This document shows positions 56,231 through 64,000 of a stretch of 64,000 nucleotides of DNA, piece after piece. Both the position numbers and the translations under genes were made by a program. Below the pieces are notes generated by a model. The model worked only from the letters and a program-made list of their open reading frames with translations. It was not told the DNA's origin and made no database searches. Numbering within the stretch: the first letter of the stretch is position 1; every line of letters starts with the position of its first letter. Source of the DNA: Candidatus Amesbacteria bacterium GW2011_GWB1_47_19 (lineage in GTDB: Bacteria > Patescibacteriota > Microgenomatia > CAZETR01 > Amesbacteraceae); assembly GCA_001002325.1 (NCBI GenBank), contig LCNZ01000002.1, positions 7,093 through 71,092 on the forward strand, written 5' to 3'.

Positions 56231-57479
56231 ATCTCTGATTCAAACCGCCACTTTCCGTCAATCGGTCATTACCCTGGGCAGTACCGTTACCAGCGGAGGC
56301 TTGGGAGCCCTGTTTTTCTTTATCCTCGCCCGGTTTTTGGGTAGTCAGCAATACGGTGCCTTCTCCACCGCCTGTGTTTTGATTATTATGCTGTCTTCCG
56401 TTATGGATCTGGGAACCAGCCAGGGATTGGTAAAATTTTCCCGCAAGTATGCCGGGGATCCCGAAAAAAGCGAGGCGGTCATCAAATCAACTTTACTCAT
56501 TAAACTCGTCTCGGGATCAGTTATTTCAATGATTCTCTTGTTTTTTGCAGTTCCCCTGGCCGGCAATATTTTTCACCATCCGGAATTGGCCCCCTATTTT
56601 TCCGTCTCCGGTCTGGGGATTATGGGATCATTGCTGTTTTCTTTCGCTTATTCCCTGGCCCAGTCCCGGGGTTTATATATTCTCTGGGGAAGCATTTTTG
56701 TCTGGCCGAATTTTCTCAGGTTGTTGGCACTTCTGGTTCTCATCCGGTTCGGATGGCTTACGGGGATATCCGCACTCTGGCTCTATATAATCACCCCTTT
56801 TGTCGCCTTCATCGGCAGCCTGTTTTTTACGGACCGGAAATTCATTTCCGTATCGTTTCAGCCGGGGTTAATCGGCGAATTTTTCAGTTTTAACAAGTGG
56901 ATTACTCTGACATCAGTCATATCCACCGTCGGCTCCAGGGTGGAAGCATTATTAACCGCCGGTTTTTTGACCCTTTCAGCCACCGGCAATTACGCTCTGG
57001 CCGTGCAGATGGTTACCCTGGTTCCCCAGCTTAGCTCCGCTTTCGGGGCGGTTACTACACCAAAATTTGCCTCATTTACCAATATCCGGGATAACCGCCG
57101 TTATCTTGTCAAAACCACTCTGCTCACCATGCTGGCTGCCGCCGGTGTGATCCTATGCCTTATCCCCGCCGCCTGGATTTTAATCAGATTGATCGGAAGC
57201 CAATATCAACAGGCTTTTACTCCCTTTTTACTACTTTTAGGGGGTATGGCTTTATTTCTGGCCTCGTCTCCCTTACGGGACAGTCTTACCTATTATTTCG
57301 GCAGACCCGGATTTTTTGCTCTTTGGAGTTTGATTGCCCTGCTTATTACCGTCTGTCTTTCGCTCTGGTTGATCCCGGCGCTGGGTATTATCGGATCGGG
57401 CGCGGTGGTTCTGATAATTCAGATTCTGGGGGTGTTAGCCGCCTGGATTTATTACCGCTGGATTTCCCGACACCAATGA
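56214..57479 (+). CDS. Wzx/MOP-family polysaccharide flippase-like membrane protein (third)
   Basis: 421 aa, 12-14 TM helices. Confidence 0.6.
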   Translation: MHHQLKSLIQTATFRQSVITLGSTVTSGGLGALFFFILARFLGSQQYGAFSTACVLIIMLSSVMDLGTSQGLVKFSRKYAGDPEKSEAVIKSTLLIKLVSGSVISMILLFFAVPLAGNIFHHPELAPYFSVSGLGIMGSLLFSFAYSLAQSRGLYILWGSIFVWPNFLRLLALLVLIRFGWLTGISALWLYIITPFVAFIGSLFFTDRKFISVSFQPGLIGEFFSFNKWITLTSVISTVGSRVEALLTAGFLTLSATGNYALAVQMVTLVPQLSSAFGAVTTPKFASFTNIRDNRRYLVKTTLLTMLAAAGVILCLIPAAWILIRLIGSQYQQAFTPFLLLLGGMALFLASSPLRDSLTYYFGRPGFFALWSLIALLITVCLSLWLIPALGIIGSGAVVLIIQILGVLAAWIYYRWISRHQ

Positions 57480-58309
57480 CCGGACCTTCGCTGACCGTCC
57501 ATTGTCTGGTAAAAAACGAACAGCGCTGGATCTGGTTTGCCCTCAAGTCAATATTAGATTATGCGGACGAGATATTGGTTTGGGACACAGGCTCCACGGA
57601 CCGGACTGTGGAAACAGTGAATGGTTTAAACTCTCCCAAAATTAAATTTAAACAGATGGCCGTATCATCCCCGGAAGAACACACAGCTCTCCGCCAGCAG
57701 ATGTTAAAGGCTACACATTCGGATTGGTTTTTTATTCTGGACGGGGATGAAGTCTGGTGGAGAGAATCGGTTAGACAGGTCAGGGAAGCCATTAAAAATA
57801 ATCCCGGTATGGCGGGAATTATCACCCCTTTTTATAACGCAGTCGGTGATGTGTTTCACCATCAAACTCCTGACGCAATTCATTATCGCATCCACGAGTT
57901 TTTCGGGGGTTTCACCATCCGGGCCATCAACCGCCGCCTTCCGGGTTTGCACCTGGCCAATCCCCACGGCCGCCAGGAATACCGCACCCGCGGGATTGCC
58001 CTGCAGAATCTACCCCGGCACCGCTTGTTGTTTGTTGATGCTCCGTATCTTCATCTGACTCATTTGCACCGGTCCGTGGGCAGGTCCCACGATAGGTCAA
58101 CCTTAAAGAGGGTAATGAAGTATCGTTATGAATTGGGGACAAACTTCCCCCATGATTTTGTATTCCCTGACGTTTTTTATCTTACCCGGTCGGATACTGC
58201 CCCTTCCCCTTTCATCCGCCGTTCGGTATTCTACACTACAATTGCCGCTGCCATCACCCCTCTCAGATGGATAAAATCCCGGGTTACTCCTCACCGCGAA
58301 AGCTATTGA
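57476..58309 (+). CDS. GT2-family glycosyltransferase (WaaE/KdtX-like)
   Basis: LTVHCLVKNEQRWIW...ILVWDTGSTDRTVE...FILDGDE; resembles 8978-9778 and 60707-61477. The track ORF (57155) overlaps the flippase; trimmed to the ATG in the ATGA overlap. Confidence 0.7.
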   Translation: MTGPSLTVHCLVKNEQRWIWFALKSILDYADEILVWDTGSTDRTVETVNGLNSPKIKFKQMAVSSPEEHTALRQQMLKATHSDWFFILDGDEVWWRESVRQVREAIKNNPGMAGIITPFYNAVGDVFHHQTPDAIHYRIHEFFGGFTIRAINRRLPGLHLANPHGRQEYRTRGIALQNLPRHRLLFVDAPYLHLTHLHRSVGRSHDRSTLKRVMKYRYELGTNFPHDFVFPDVFYLTRSDTAPSPFIRRSVFYTTIAAAITPLRWIKSRVTPHRESY

Positions 58310-58313
58310 CCTT

Positions 58314-59057
58314 GTGAATACTCAGTCTCAGTATCCCGGACACCATATTTTGGATGATGCCGGACCCATGGCGGGTTACTCCCGCTGGGTTATGAATATG
58401 TTCAAAGATTATTGGGGGAAAGATATTTTGGAAATCGGCAGCGGCATCGGTACCATGTCCGCCCTGTTGCCTGCCGGCGCATCCGTTACCCTTACCGAAA
58501 CAGATCCGGCTTATATTTCCGTACTCAGGAAAAAATTTGATTTTCCGGTCTATCGCTGGGATGCCCAAAATCCTCCTCCGCGGCCATTGTCGTCATCCGG
58601 TTTTGACGTGGTTTTTACAGCCAACGTTTTAGAACACATTCCCGACCACCGGGCGGTACTAAAAAGTATTTTTAAACTGTTACGCCCCGGTGGCCGGCTT
58701 TTAATTTACGTCCCGGCCAAACAAATAATTTTCGGCACCCTGGACCAAGCATTAGGTCATTGCCGGCGATATGAAAAAGATGAGTTTATCAAATTGCTTT
58801 CGGATCTTAAATTTAGCATCATTACAGCCCGCTACTGCAATCTGCCGGGATTTTTCGGTTGGTGGGTGGTAGGGAAAATTTTGCGATTACACCGCTCACG
58901 GTTACTCGCCAAAGTATTTGATATTATTTTTACCCCATGGCTGTACTTTGAAGAACGGCTCAGCCTGCCATTCGGTCAGAACCTGATAGTTGTGGCTGCC
59001 AAACCAGACCATACTTCATCACACACCCCAGGGCTGTCATACCATCCTTCCAGTTGA
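58314..59057 (+). CDS. Class I SAM-dependent methyltransferase
   Basis: ILEIGSGIGTMSALL motif I; VVFTANVLEHIPD; LLRPGGRLLIYVP. GTG start; an internal Met start is possible. Confidence 0.7.
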   Translation: MNTQSQYPGHHILDDAGPMAGYSRWVMNMFKDYWGKDILEIGSGIGTMSALLPAGASVTLTETDPAYISVLRKKFDFPVYRWDAQNPPPRPLSSSGFDVVFTANVLEHIPDHRAVLKSIFKLLRPGGRLLIYVPAKQIIFGTLDQALGHCRRYEKDEFIKLLSDLKFSIITARYCNLPGFFGWWVVGKILRLHRSRLLAKVFDIIFTPWLYFEERLSLPFGQNLIVVAAKPDHTSSHTPGLSYHPSS

Positions 59058-59697
59058 TTTTCTTGCCCTCATCATATCCCCTGCCGGAATAACTGATACC
59101 CACTTCATAAATTTTATAACCCATTCTGGAGACTTTAATGGTAAATTCCGGCTCAAATCCGAAACGGTTTTCCGCTATGGTAATGTTTTTAGCCACTTCT
59201 CTGGTAAAGGCTTTATAACAGGTTTCCATATCCGTGAAATTCATGTTGGTGACGGCATTGACCAGCAGTGTCAGCAGTTTATTTCCCACCATATGCCAGA
59301 AATACAATACTCGGTGCGGCCGGAAAGAAATGAATCTCGAGCCGAATACGACATCCGCTTTTCCCTCCTTGATAGGCTCAACTAATAGTTTATATTCATT
59401 CGGGTCGTATTCCAGGTCTGCGTCCTGAATGACGACTATGTCTCCCGTGATTAATTTCAACCCGTCTCTGATTGCCGCCCCCTTACCCTGATTTTTGGCT
59501 TTAGTTATCAGTTTTATTTTTTTGTCCCGCAGCTTTTTCAATTCTCTGTCAGTACCGTCGGTTGAAGCATCATCTACAATAATCACCTCCTTCAGTATCC
59601 CGTCGACTTTAGCCCTCAGCACCCGGTTTACCAGTTCTATCACCGTGCCGACTTCATTGTATACTGGAATTATTACCGACAGCTTCATTGCAGGCAA
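58960..59697 (-). CDS. Dpm1-like GT2 polyprenol-phosphate glycosyltransferase
   Basis: MKLSVIIPVYNEVGTV...VIIVDDASTDGT...IVVIQDADLEYDPNEY; convergent overlap with the upstream methyltransferase. Confidence 0.8.
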   Translation of the reverse strand: MPAMKLSVIIPVYNEVGTVIELVNRVLRAKVDGILKEVIIVDDASTDGTDRELKKLRDKKIKLITKAKNQGKGAAIRDGLKLITGDIVVIQDADLEYDPNEYKLLVEPIKEGKADVVFGSRFISFRPHRVLYFWHMVGNKLLTLLVNAVTNMNFTDMETCYKAFTREVAKNITIAENRFGFEPEFTIKVSRMGYKIYEVGISYSGRGYDEGKKINWKDGMTALGCVMKYGLVWQPQLSGSDRMAG

Positions 59698-59708
59698 TTA
59701 TATCTTAA

Positions 59709-60719
59709 ATGAAAATTTCTTTTTTAAGTGTTGGTAGCGGTCAGGTTAATCGTGGGGCTGAGTCGTTTGTTCATTATCTCGCCAACCACCTCTCGCGGCT
59801 CGATCATCAGATCACCGTACATCAGAACGGTGACCCCCTGATCAACTGTACTTATCGTACCGAATCGTACCACCTGGATTCATTTTCTATCCGCGATTTT
59901 ACCGCCCAAGTTCTCAAAAACATCGGTAGTCCGGACATTCTGATTCCCGTAAATGGTCGTTGGCAAAGCGGGCTTTGCCGCCTGTGGGCTTTCAGAAATA
60001 AAACTAAAATGGTTATATCTGGGCAATCCGGACTCGGTTTGGATGACCGGATAAATCTGTATACCTGTCCTGACGCTTTTGTTGCCCTCTCGAATTATCA
60101 ATTAAATTGGGCCAAAAGGATAAACCCCTTCGTCCGGGTGGTCAGAATTCCGAATGGAGTAGATCCGGAAATTTTTCATCCCTCTGCCGAAAAAGTGAAT
60201 ATTGAATTACCCCGACCTATAATCTTGTGTGTCAGCGCCTTGGAAGAAAATAAACGCCTGCATTTGGCTGTAAAGGCAGTAGCCGGTATGCGCCGGGGGT
60301 CACTGTTAATTATCGGTCGCGGCAGTCTGATAAATCCGCTTACGAGTTTGGGAATGCGTCTGCTGCCGGGTCGTTTTTCAATCATGTCATTGCCCCAACA
60401 TTTAATGCCCGGGGTGTTTACCGCGGCTGACTTATTTACTTATCCCACGGTAGCCTGGGAGTCATTTGGTATCGCTTTGTTGGAAGCCATGGCTTCCGGA
60501 TTGGCGATAGTAGCCAACAACGACCCAATCCGCAGGGAAATAGTTGGTGATGCCGGCTTGTTCGCCGATCCCTCGGATTCCGGAGCATACACCTCTACCC
60601 TGAACCAGGCGCTGTCTTATCGGTGGGGTAAAAAACCTCTTCTGCGGGCTCAAAAATATGCCTGGAGTAAAATTGTCCTGGATTACGATAAACTATTCAA
60701 AACTATATGCTATCGATAA
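59709..60719 (+). CDS. GT4-family (GT-B) glycosyltransferase
   Basis: C-terminal TYPTVAWESFGIALLEAMASGLAIVANN motif. Confidence 0.7.
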   Translation: MKISFLSVGSGQVNRGAESFVHYLANHLSRLDHQITVHQNGDPLINCTYRTESYHLDSFSIRDFTAQVLKNIGSPDILIPVNGRWQSGLCRLWAFRNKTKMVISGQSGLGLDDRINLYTCPDAFVALSNYQLNWAKRINPFVRVVRIPNGVDPEIFHPSAEKVNIELPRPIILCVSALEENKRLHLAVKAVAGMRRGSLLIIGRGSLINPLTSLGMRLLPGRFSIMSLPQHLMPGVFTAADLFTYPTVAWESFGIALLEAMASGLAIVANNDPIRREIVGDAGLFADPSDSGAYTSTLNQALSYRWGKKPLLRAQKYAWSKIVLDYDKLFKTICYR

Positions 60720-61477
60720 GTATCATCGCAAAAAACGCTTCCCGGACTCTGCCTGCATGTATTCAAAGCACCCGGGGATTGTGTGACGATGTGGTCGTGG
60801 TCGTAGACTCTTCAACTTGGGATGACACCGTCAAAACGGCTTCCGGTCTCGGCGCCAGGGTATATGTCAGGAAATTTGACAACTTTTCCTCCCAAAAAAA
60901 TTTCGCCGTTTCCAAATGCCGTTACCGCTGGATATTGGCGTTGGATGCAGATGAAACAGTCACGCCTCGGCTGGCGGAAGAAATAATGCAAGTGTTGCCC
61001 GGCACCCGGTACTCGGCATTTTCAATTCCCCGCATAAATTATATTTTTGGCCGGCCGATTTGTCATACAAATTGGTCTCCCGAAACAGACCGGCACATTT
61101 GGTTGTTTGACAAAACCAAAGCAGGTTGGTCCTCCGCTGTTCACGAACAGGTCCTGGTAACCGGTCCGGTGGGTCGGCTCAAAAATCCTAAAACCCACTT
61201 AAACTATCAGTCGGTGGAGCAATTCATCGCCAAAATGAACCAATATACCAGCCTCGAAATAAATTCCGGTAAACGCTCTTTGACTGCCCGCCTGATCCGC
61301 TCCCACTGGTTGAGAGTCTTTTTTCAGCCTAAGTGGAAATTTATCCGGCATTATTTTCTTTACTTGGGTTTTCTCGACGGCTGGCACGGTCTGTTCCTGA
61401 GTTATCTTATGGCCATCTACGGATTAACTTTAACCGTCAAGTCATGGCAAAAACAAACAGGTATTTACCGATCCTGA
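60707..61477 (+). CDS. GT2-family glycosyltransferase (WaaE/KdtX-like)
   Basis: LSISIIAKNASRTL...VVVVDSSTWDDTV...LALDADE. Confidence 0.75.
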   Translation: MLSISIIAKNASRTLPACIQSTRGLCDDVVVVVDSSTWDDTVKTASGLGARVYVRKFDNFSSQKNFAVSKCRYRWILALDADETVTPRLAEEIMQVLPGTRYSAFSIPRINYIFGRPICHTNWSPETDRHIWLFDKTKAGWSSAVHEQVLVTGPVGRLKNPKTHLNYQSVEQFIAKMNQYTSLEINSGKRSLTARLIRSHWLRVFFQPKWKFIRHYFLYLGFLDGWHGLFLSYLMAIYGLTLTVKSWQKQTGIYRS

Positions 61478-62832
61478 TCATCCTCCTTTTGGGATTGGGA
61501 CTGAGGCTGATCAACATCAATCAAAGCTTTTGGTTGGATGAAGCCAGCCAGGCTAATCTTTCCTCGCTGCCTCTGCATCAGATATGGTATGGAAGGGGAG
61601 GGGACTTCCATCCGCCCCTATTTTACTTTTTGGTCCATACCTGGCTTATATTTGGCCGTTCAGAAATTTGGCTCAGAACTTTACCCCTCACTTTCGGGAT
61701 AGCCAATATTTTCATTATTTACCTGTTGGCCAGGGATTTATTTCCTCAAATGGAATCAAAAATTAGATATCTGTCGGCATTATTGTTAGCCATATCACCG
61801 TTTCATATTTATTATTCCCAGGAATTACGGATGTATTCGTTGCTCTGTCTGTTGGGAACAATGTCTATGTACTTTTTCTTCCGCCGTCGCTATCTGCTCC
61901 TGAGCGTATTCAATACCCTGCTTTTATATACTCATTACTCAGCCATATTCCTTATCGCAACCCAGCTAATTTACGTAGTTATGTATTCCCGAAAAGAATT
62001 AAAATCATTCACTTTCTCATTTCTCCTTTCCGCTTTCTCGTATCTGCCTTGGTTGCCCCAATTCTATCGCCAGCTGAATTCGGGACTTAACATCGACACT
62101 TATTTGCCGGGGTGGCGTCAGGTACTCAGTATTTCTCCCCTCAAAGCTTTTCCGGTAATAGTATTCAAACTGGTCGCCGGGCGTATCAGTTTTATCTCCA
62201 GAATCGTATATGGGATATATATAGTTTTTGTCTTCACCGTCACCTTTCTGGCATTGGTCATATCACCCCGTCCCAAACGCCAGCTGGTTATCTGGGTCTT
62301 TTTTCCCGTGATACTGCTGCTTTTGACGTCACTGGCACTGCCTCAAAATCAGCCCTTCAGGGTAATTTATGTTTTACCGGGTTTTATCTTACTTTTTGCC
62401 CGGGCTTGCATCCGCTATCCCAAGTTGATTGTGACTCTTGTTTGTTACATTTTTATCGTGGGCGATATTGCTTACTTCACCCGTCCTCGTCTCCAGCGGG
62501 AAAACTGGCGTGATGCATCTGCTTTTTTATCCCGACAGCAGACAGCCGTCGTGGTAAAATTTTCGGATAGATTCGCTCCTCTGGCCTGGTATGCTCCGGA
62601 TTTACCCGTGGTTGGGCCGGTATCGACTTTTCCCGCTGCATACCAACCGGTTTTTGAGAAACTCGGTCCGGCGTTAGCCACCTCAACCCGGGTTTATCTG
62701 CTGCAATACTTGACAGATCTCACAGACCCCCACAGGGAAGTAGACCGGGTTATAGAAAACCTGGGTTTCAGCCAAACCAAAATTCATGATTTTTCGGGTG
62801 TTGGTTTTATTTACGAATATTCCCGGCAATGA
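61444..62832 (+). CDS. PMT_2/ArnT-like GT-C membrane glycosyltransferase (sixth family member in window)
   Basis: MAKTNRYLPILIILLLGLGLRLININQSFWLDEASQ...: TM then WLDEA loop-1 motif. The track ORF start (61333) overlaps the upstream GT2; trimmed to the internal ATG. Confidence 0.7.
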   Translation: MAKTNRYLPILIILLLGLGLRLININQSFWLDEASQANLSSLPLHQIWYGRGGDFHPPLFYFLVHTWLIFGRSEIWLRTLPLTFGIANIFIIYLLARDLFPQMESKIRYLSALLLAISPFHIYYSQELRMYSLLCLLGTMSMYFFFRRRYLLLSVFNTLLLYTHYSAIFLIATQLIYVVMYSRKELKSFTFSFLLSAFSYLPWLPQFYRQLNSGLNIDTYLPGWRQVLSISPLKAFPVIVFKLVAGRISFISRIVYGIYIVFVFTVTFLALVISPRPKRQLVIWVFFPVILLLLTSLALPQNQPFRVIYVLPGFILLFARACIRYPKLIVTLVCYIFIVGDIAYFTRPRLQRENWRDASAFLSRQQTAVVVKFSDRFAPLAWYAPDLPVVGPVSTFPAAYQPVFEKLGPALATSTRVYLLQYLTDLTDPHREVDRVIENLGFSQTKIHDFSGVGFIYEYSRQ

Positions 62833-64000
62833 TCTTCATCCTTCTGCAGCTTTTACATGCCGGTATTCTTCTTCGTCTCGAGTCCTTTATCTATCCCGAA
62901 TTCTTTGTCTATCCTTACCTGACGCTATCCGGATTGGTCCCGTACCGCCAGATAATAGATCAGCATTTTCCGGGTTTATTTTTCCTGCCCGTCAATTTCG
63001 CTTCGCTCGGATTCAACACGCCGGTATCCTTCCGGACACTTCTCATACTTATGGTGCTGTTTCAATCTGCCCTGATCGCTGTAATTGCCCGCAGAGTCTC
63101 CCGCAGCCGGTTGGCTGCCGTTTTCTCGGTAATTGCTTATACTGTCTGGCAGCCGGTTTTTTTCGGCAATCACTTGTGGTTGGAATCTTTTATTTCACCT
63201 CTTTCGTTGTCTGCATATTTTTTCTGGACGGGACATAATTTATTTTGGTCGGGCTTATTCCTCGGTCTGGCAGTTTTATTCAAACAATCACTTCTATTAC
63301 CGCTCGTTTGTCTGACTGCGTACCTGCTTTTCAGGCATCGTCTGGTGGAAGCAATCAGGTTTTTTTCAGGTGGTTTAGCGCCATTGTTTTTGATTTCTGT
63401 TTACTTCTCCGCCCGGGGATTGTTCCCCGATTTTTTCTTTTGGACGGTAATGTTTAATCTGGTTTATGCCGTCAGGTCTTTTTCGTTGCCTTCATTGTCT
63501 ATCATATTGCAGCTCGTCCTGCCTGTAGTGTTGGTTATTTCATCAATGATCCTGGTCAAACCCCGGCACCGCCTGATGGGATTGGCAGTCTGGGGACTGT
63601 TGCTCATCCCCGGAGGTCTGTCCCGTTTTGATTTTACCCGCATCCAGGCTGCCGTACCCTTTCTTTCATTACTGACGGGAATCCTCTTAGCCTATCTGAT
63701 TTCAAAAAGAAAATGGTCGGCACTCAGCCTGATCGCTCTTTGTCTTGGTTTTTATATCGGTTTATTTTATCTGCGCCAGGCTAATTGGGGGCAGTACCGG
63801 TTTTTTAATAATGAAACTTTGATTCTGGCGGAAAAAATAAAAACTTTGTCGCAGCCGGGAGATATAATTTTCCTGTTGGGAACCCAACCTCATTTATATT
63901 TTTTAACACGGACGCTACCCCCCGGTAATTTCTTTGCTTATCAGTTACCCTGGTACTTGCCTCTGACTACAAACCGGACTTTGTTTACTCTGGCTGACGA
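62829..64000 (+). CDS. Polytopic membrane protein running off the 3' edge (GT-C/DUF2029-like?)
   Basis: Open frame from the ATG in an ATGA overlap at 62829 to the window end (at least 390 aa, no stop), many hydrophobic helices; not in the supplied track because it is edge-truncated. Confidence 0.6.
   Translation, partial: MIFILLQLLHAGILLRLESFIYPEFFVYPYLTLSGLVPYRQIIDQHFPGLFFLPVNFASLGFNTPVSFRTLLILMVLFQSALIAVIARRVSRSRLAAVFSVIAYTVWQPVFFGNHLWLESFISPLSLSAYFFWTGHNLFWSGLFLGLAVLFKQSLLLPLVCLTAYLLFRHRLVEAIRFFSGGLAPLFLISVYFSARGLFPDFFFWTVMFNLVYAVRSFSLPSLSIILQLVLPVVLVISSMILVKPRHRLMGLAVWGLLLIPGGLSRFDFTRIQAAVPFLSLLTGILLAYLISKRKWSALSLIALCLGFYIGLFYLRQANWGQYRFFNNETLILAEKIKTLSQPGDIIFLLGTQPHLYFLTRTLPPGNFFAYQLPWYLPLTTNRTLFTLAD

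Noticed and set aside
57155-57475. N-terminal 107 aa of the 384-aa track ORF 57155-58309
   Set aside because: Overlaps the third Wzx-like gene in another frame; the GT2 domain begins at the ATG at 57476 in a canonical ATGA stop/start overlap.
974-63457. Dozens of 60-130-aa track ORFs nested inside or antisense to the large genes (for example 974-1240, 1744-2049, 2428-2697, 3899-4267, 8130-8510, 22506-22706, 53728-53994, 62472-62686)
   Set aside because: All are fully overlapped by long ORFs with recognisable domains on another frame or strand. They have no motifs, are arginine/proline-rich where GC is high, and are treated as spurious.

Overview
This window is a densely packed, almost entirely glycan-biosynthetic region: about 64 protein-coding genes, many joined by 4-bp ATGA start/stop overlaps. 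No rRNA, tRNA, CRISPR array, transposase or integrase was seen. The compositional pattern below is judged by eye, not computed. (1) Positions 1-12000 are higher-GC (roughly 50%). They hold a tandem array of four full-length PMT_2/ArnT-like GT-C membrane glycosyltransferases (CAZy GT39/GT83 type, motif WDEAALGYNAYSL). A fifth, divergent, oppositely oriented copy runs off the 5' edge. Also here: another polytopic membrane protein, a Nudix hydrolase, a GT2, a GT4 and a PIG-V-like GT-C protein. (2) Positions 12000-52500 form a visibly AT-rich island (mid-30s % GC). It is an O-antigen/capsule-like locus with a PglF/CapD-like 4,6-dehydratase, several SDR epimerases, a nucleotide-sugar dehydrogenase, and an AsnB-type amidotransferase. 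It carries a complete GDP-D-glycero-alpha-D-manno-heptose pathway (GmhA, HddA-like GHMP kinase, GmhB, HddC-like nucleotidyltransferase) with an adjacent transaldolase. It also has an unusual module of a SIS isomerase, an Rpe-like epimerase, a nucleotidyltransferase-kinase fusion and a KdsC-like phosphatase. The rest of the island is an FkbM plus five class I methyltransferases, a hexapeptide acetyltransferase, a Wzx flippase, and GT2/GT4/GT-C enzymes. (3) Positions 52500-64000 are higher-GC again. They hold two more Wzx-like flippases, an FAD oxidoreductase, GT2/GT4 enzymes, a methyltransferase, another PMT_2-like GT-C, and a membrane protein running off the 3' edge. The overall logic is Dpm1-like polyprenol-phosphate GT2s plus many GT-C transferases plus three flippases, with no initiating phosphoglycosyltransferase in the window. 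This points to an expanded extracytoplasmic glycosylation system that uses lipid-linked sugar donors, in an uncultivated, possibly CPR-like bacterium; the lineage is inference only. The one non-glycan pocket is 30.3-32.1 kb. It holds small ORFs, a 2H-phosphoesterase-like gene, and a duplicated ~70-bp palindrome-containing element upstream of two promoter-like sites. All functional calls rest on motifs read directly from the translations; no database search was possible.
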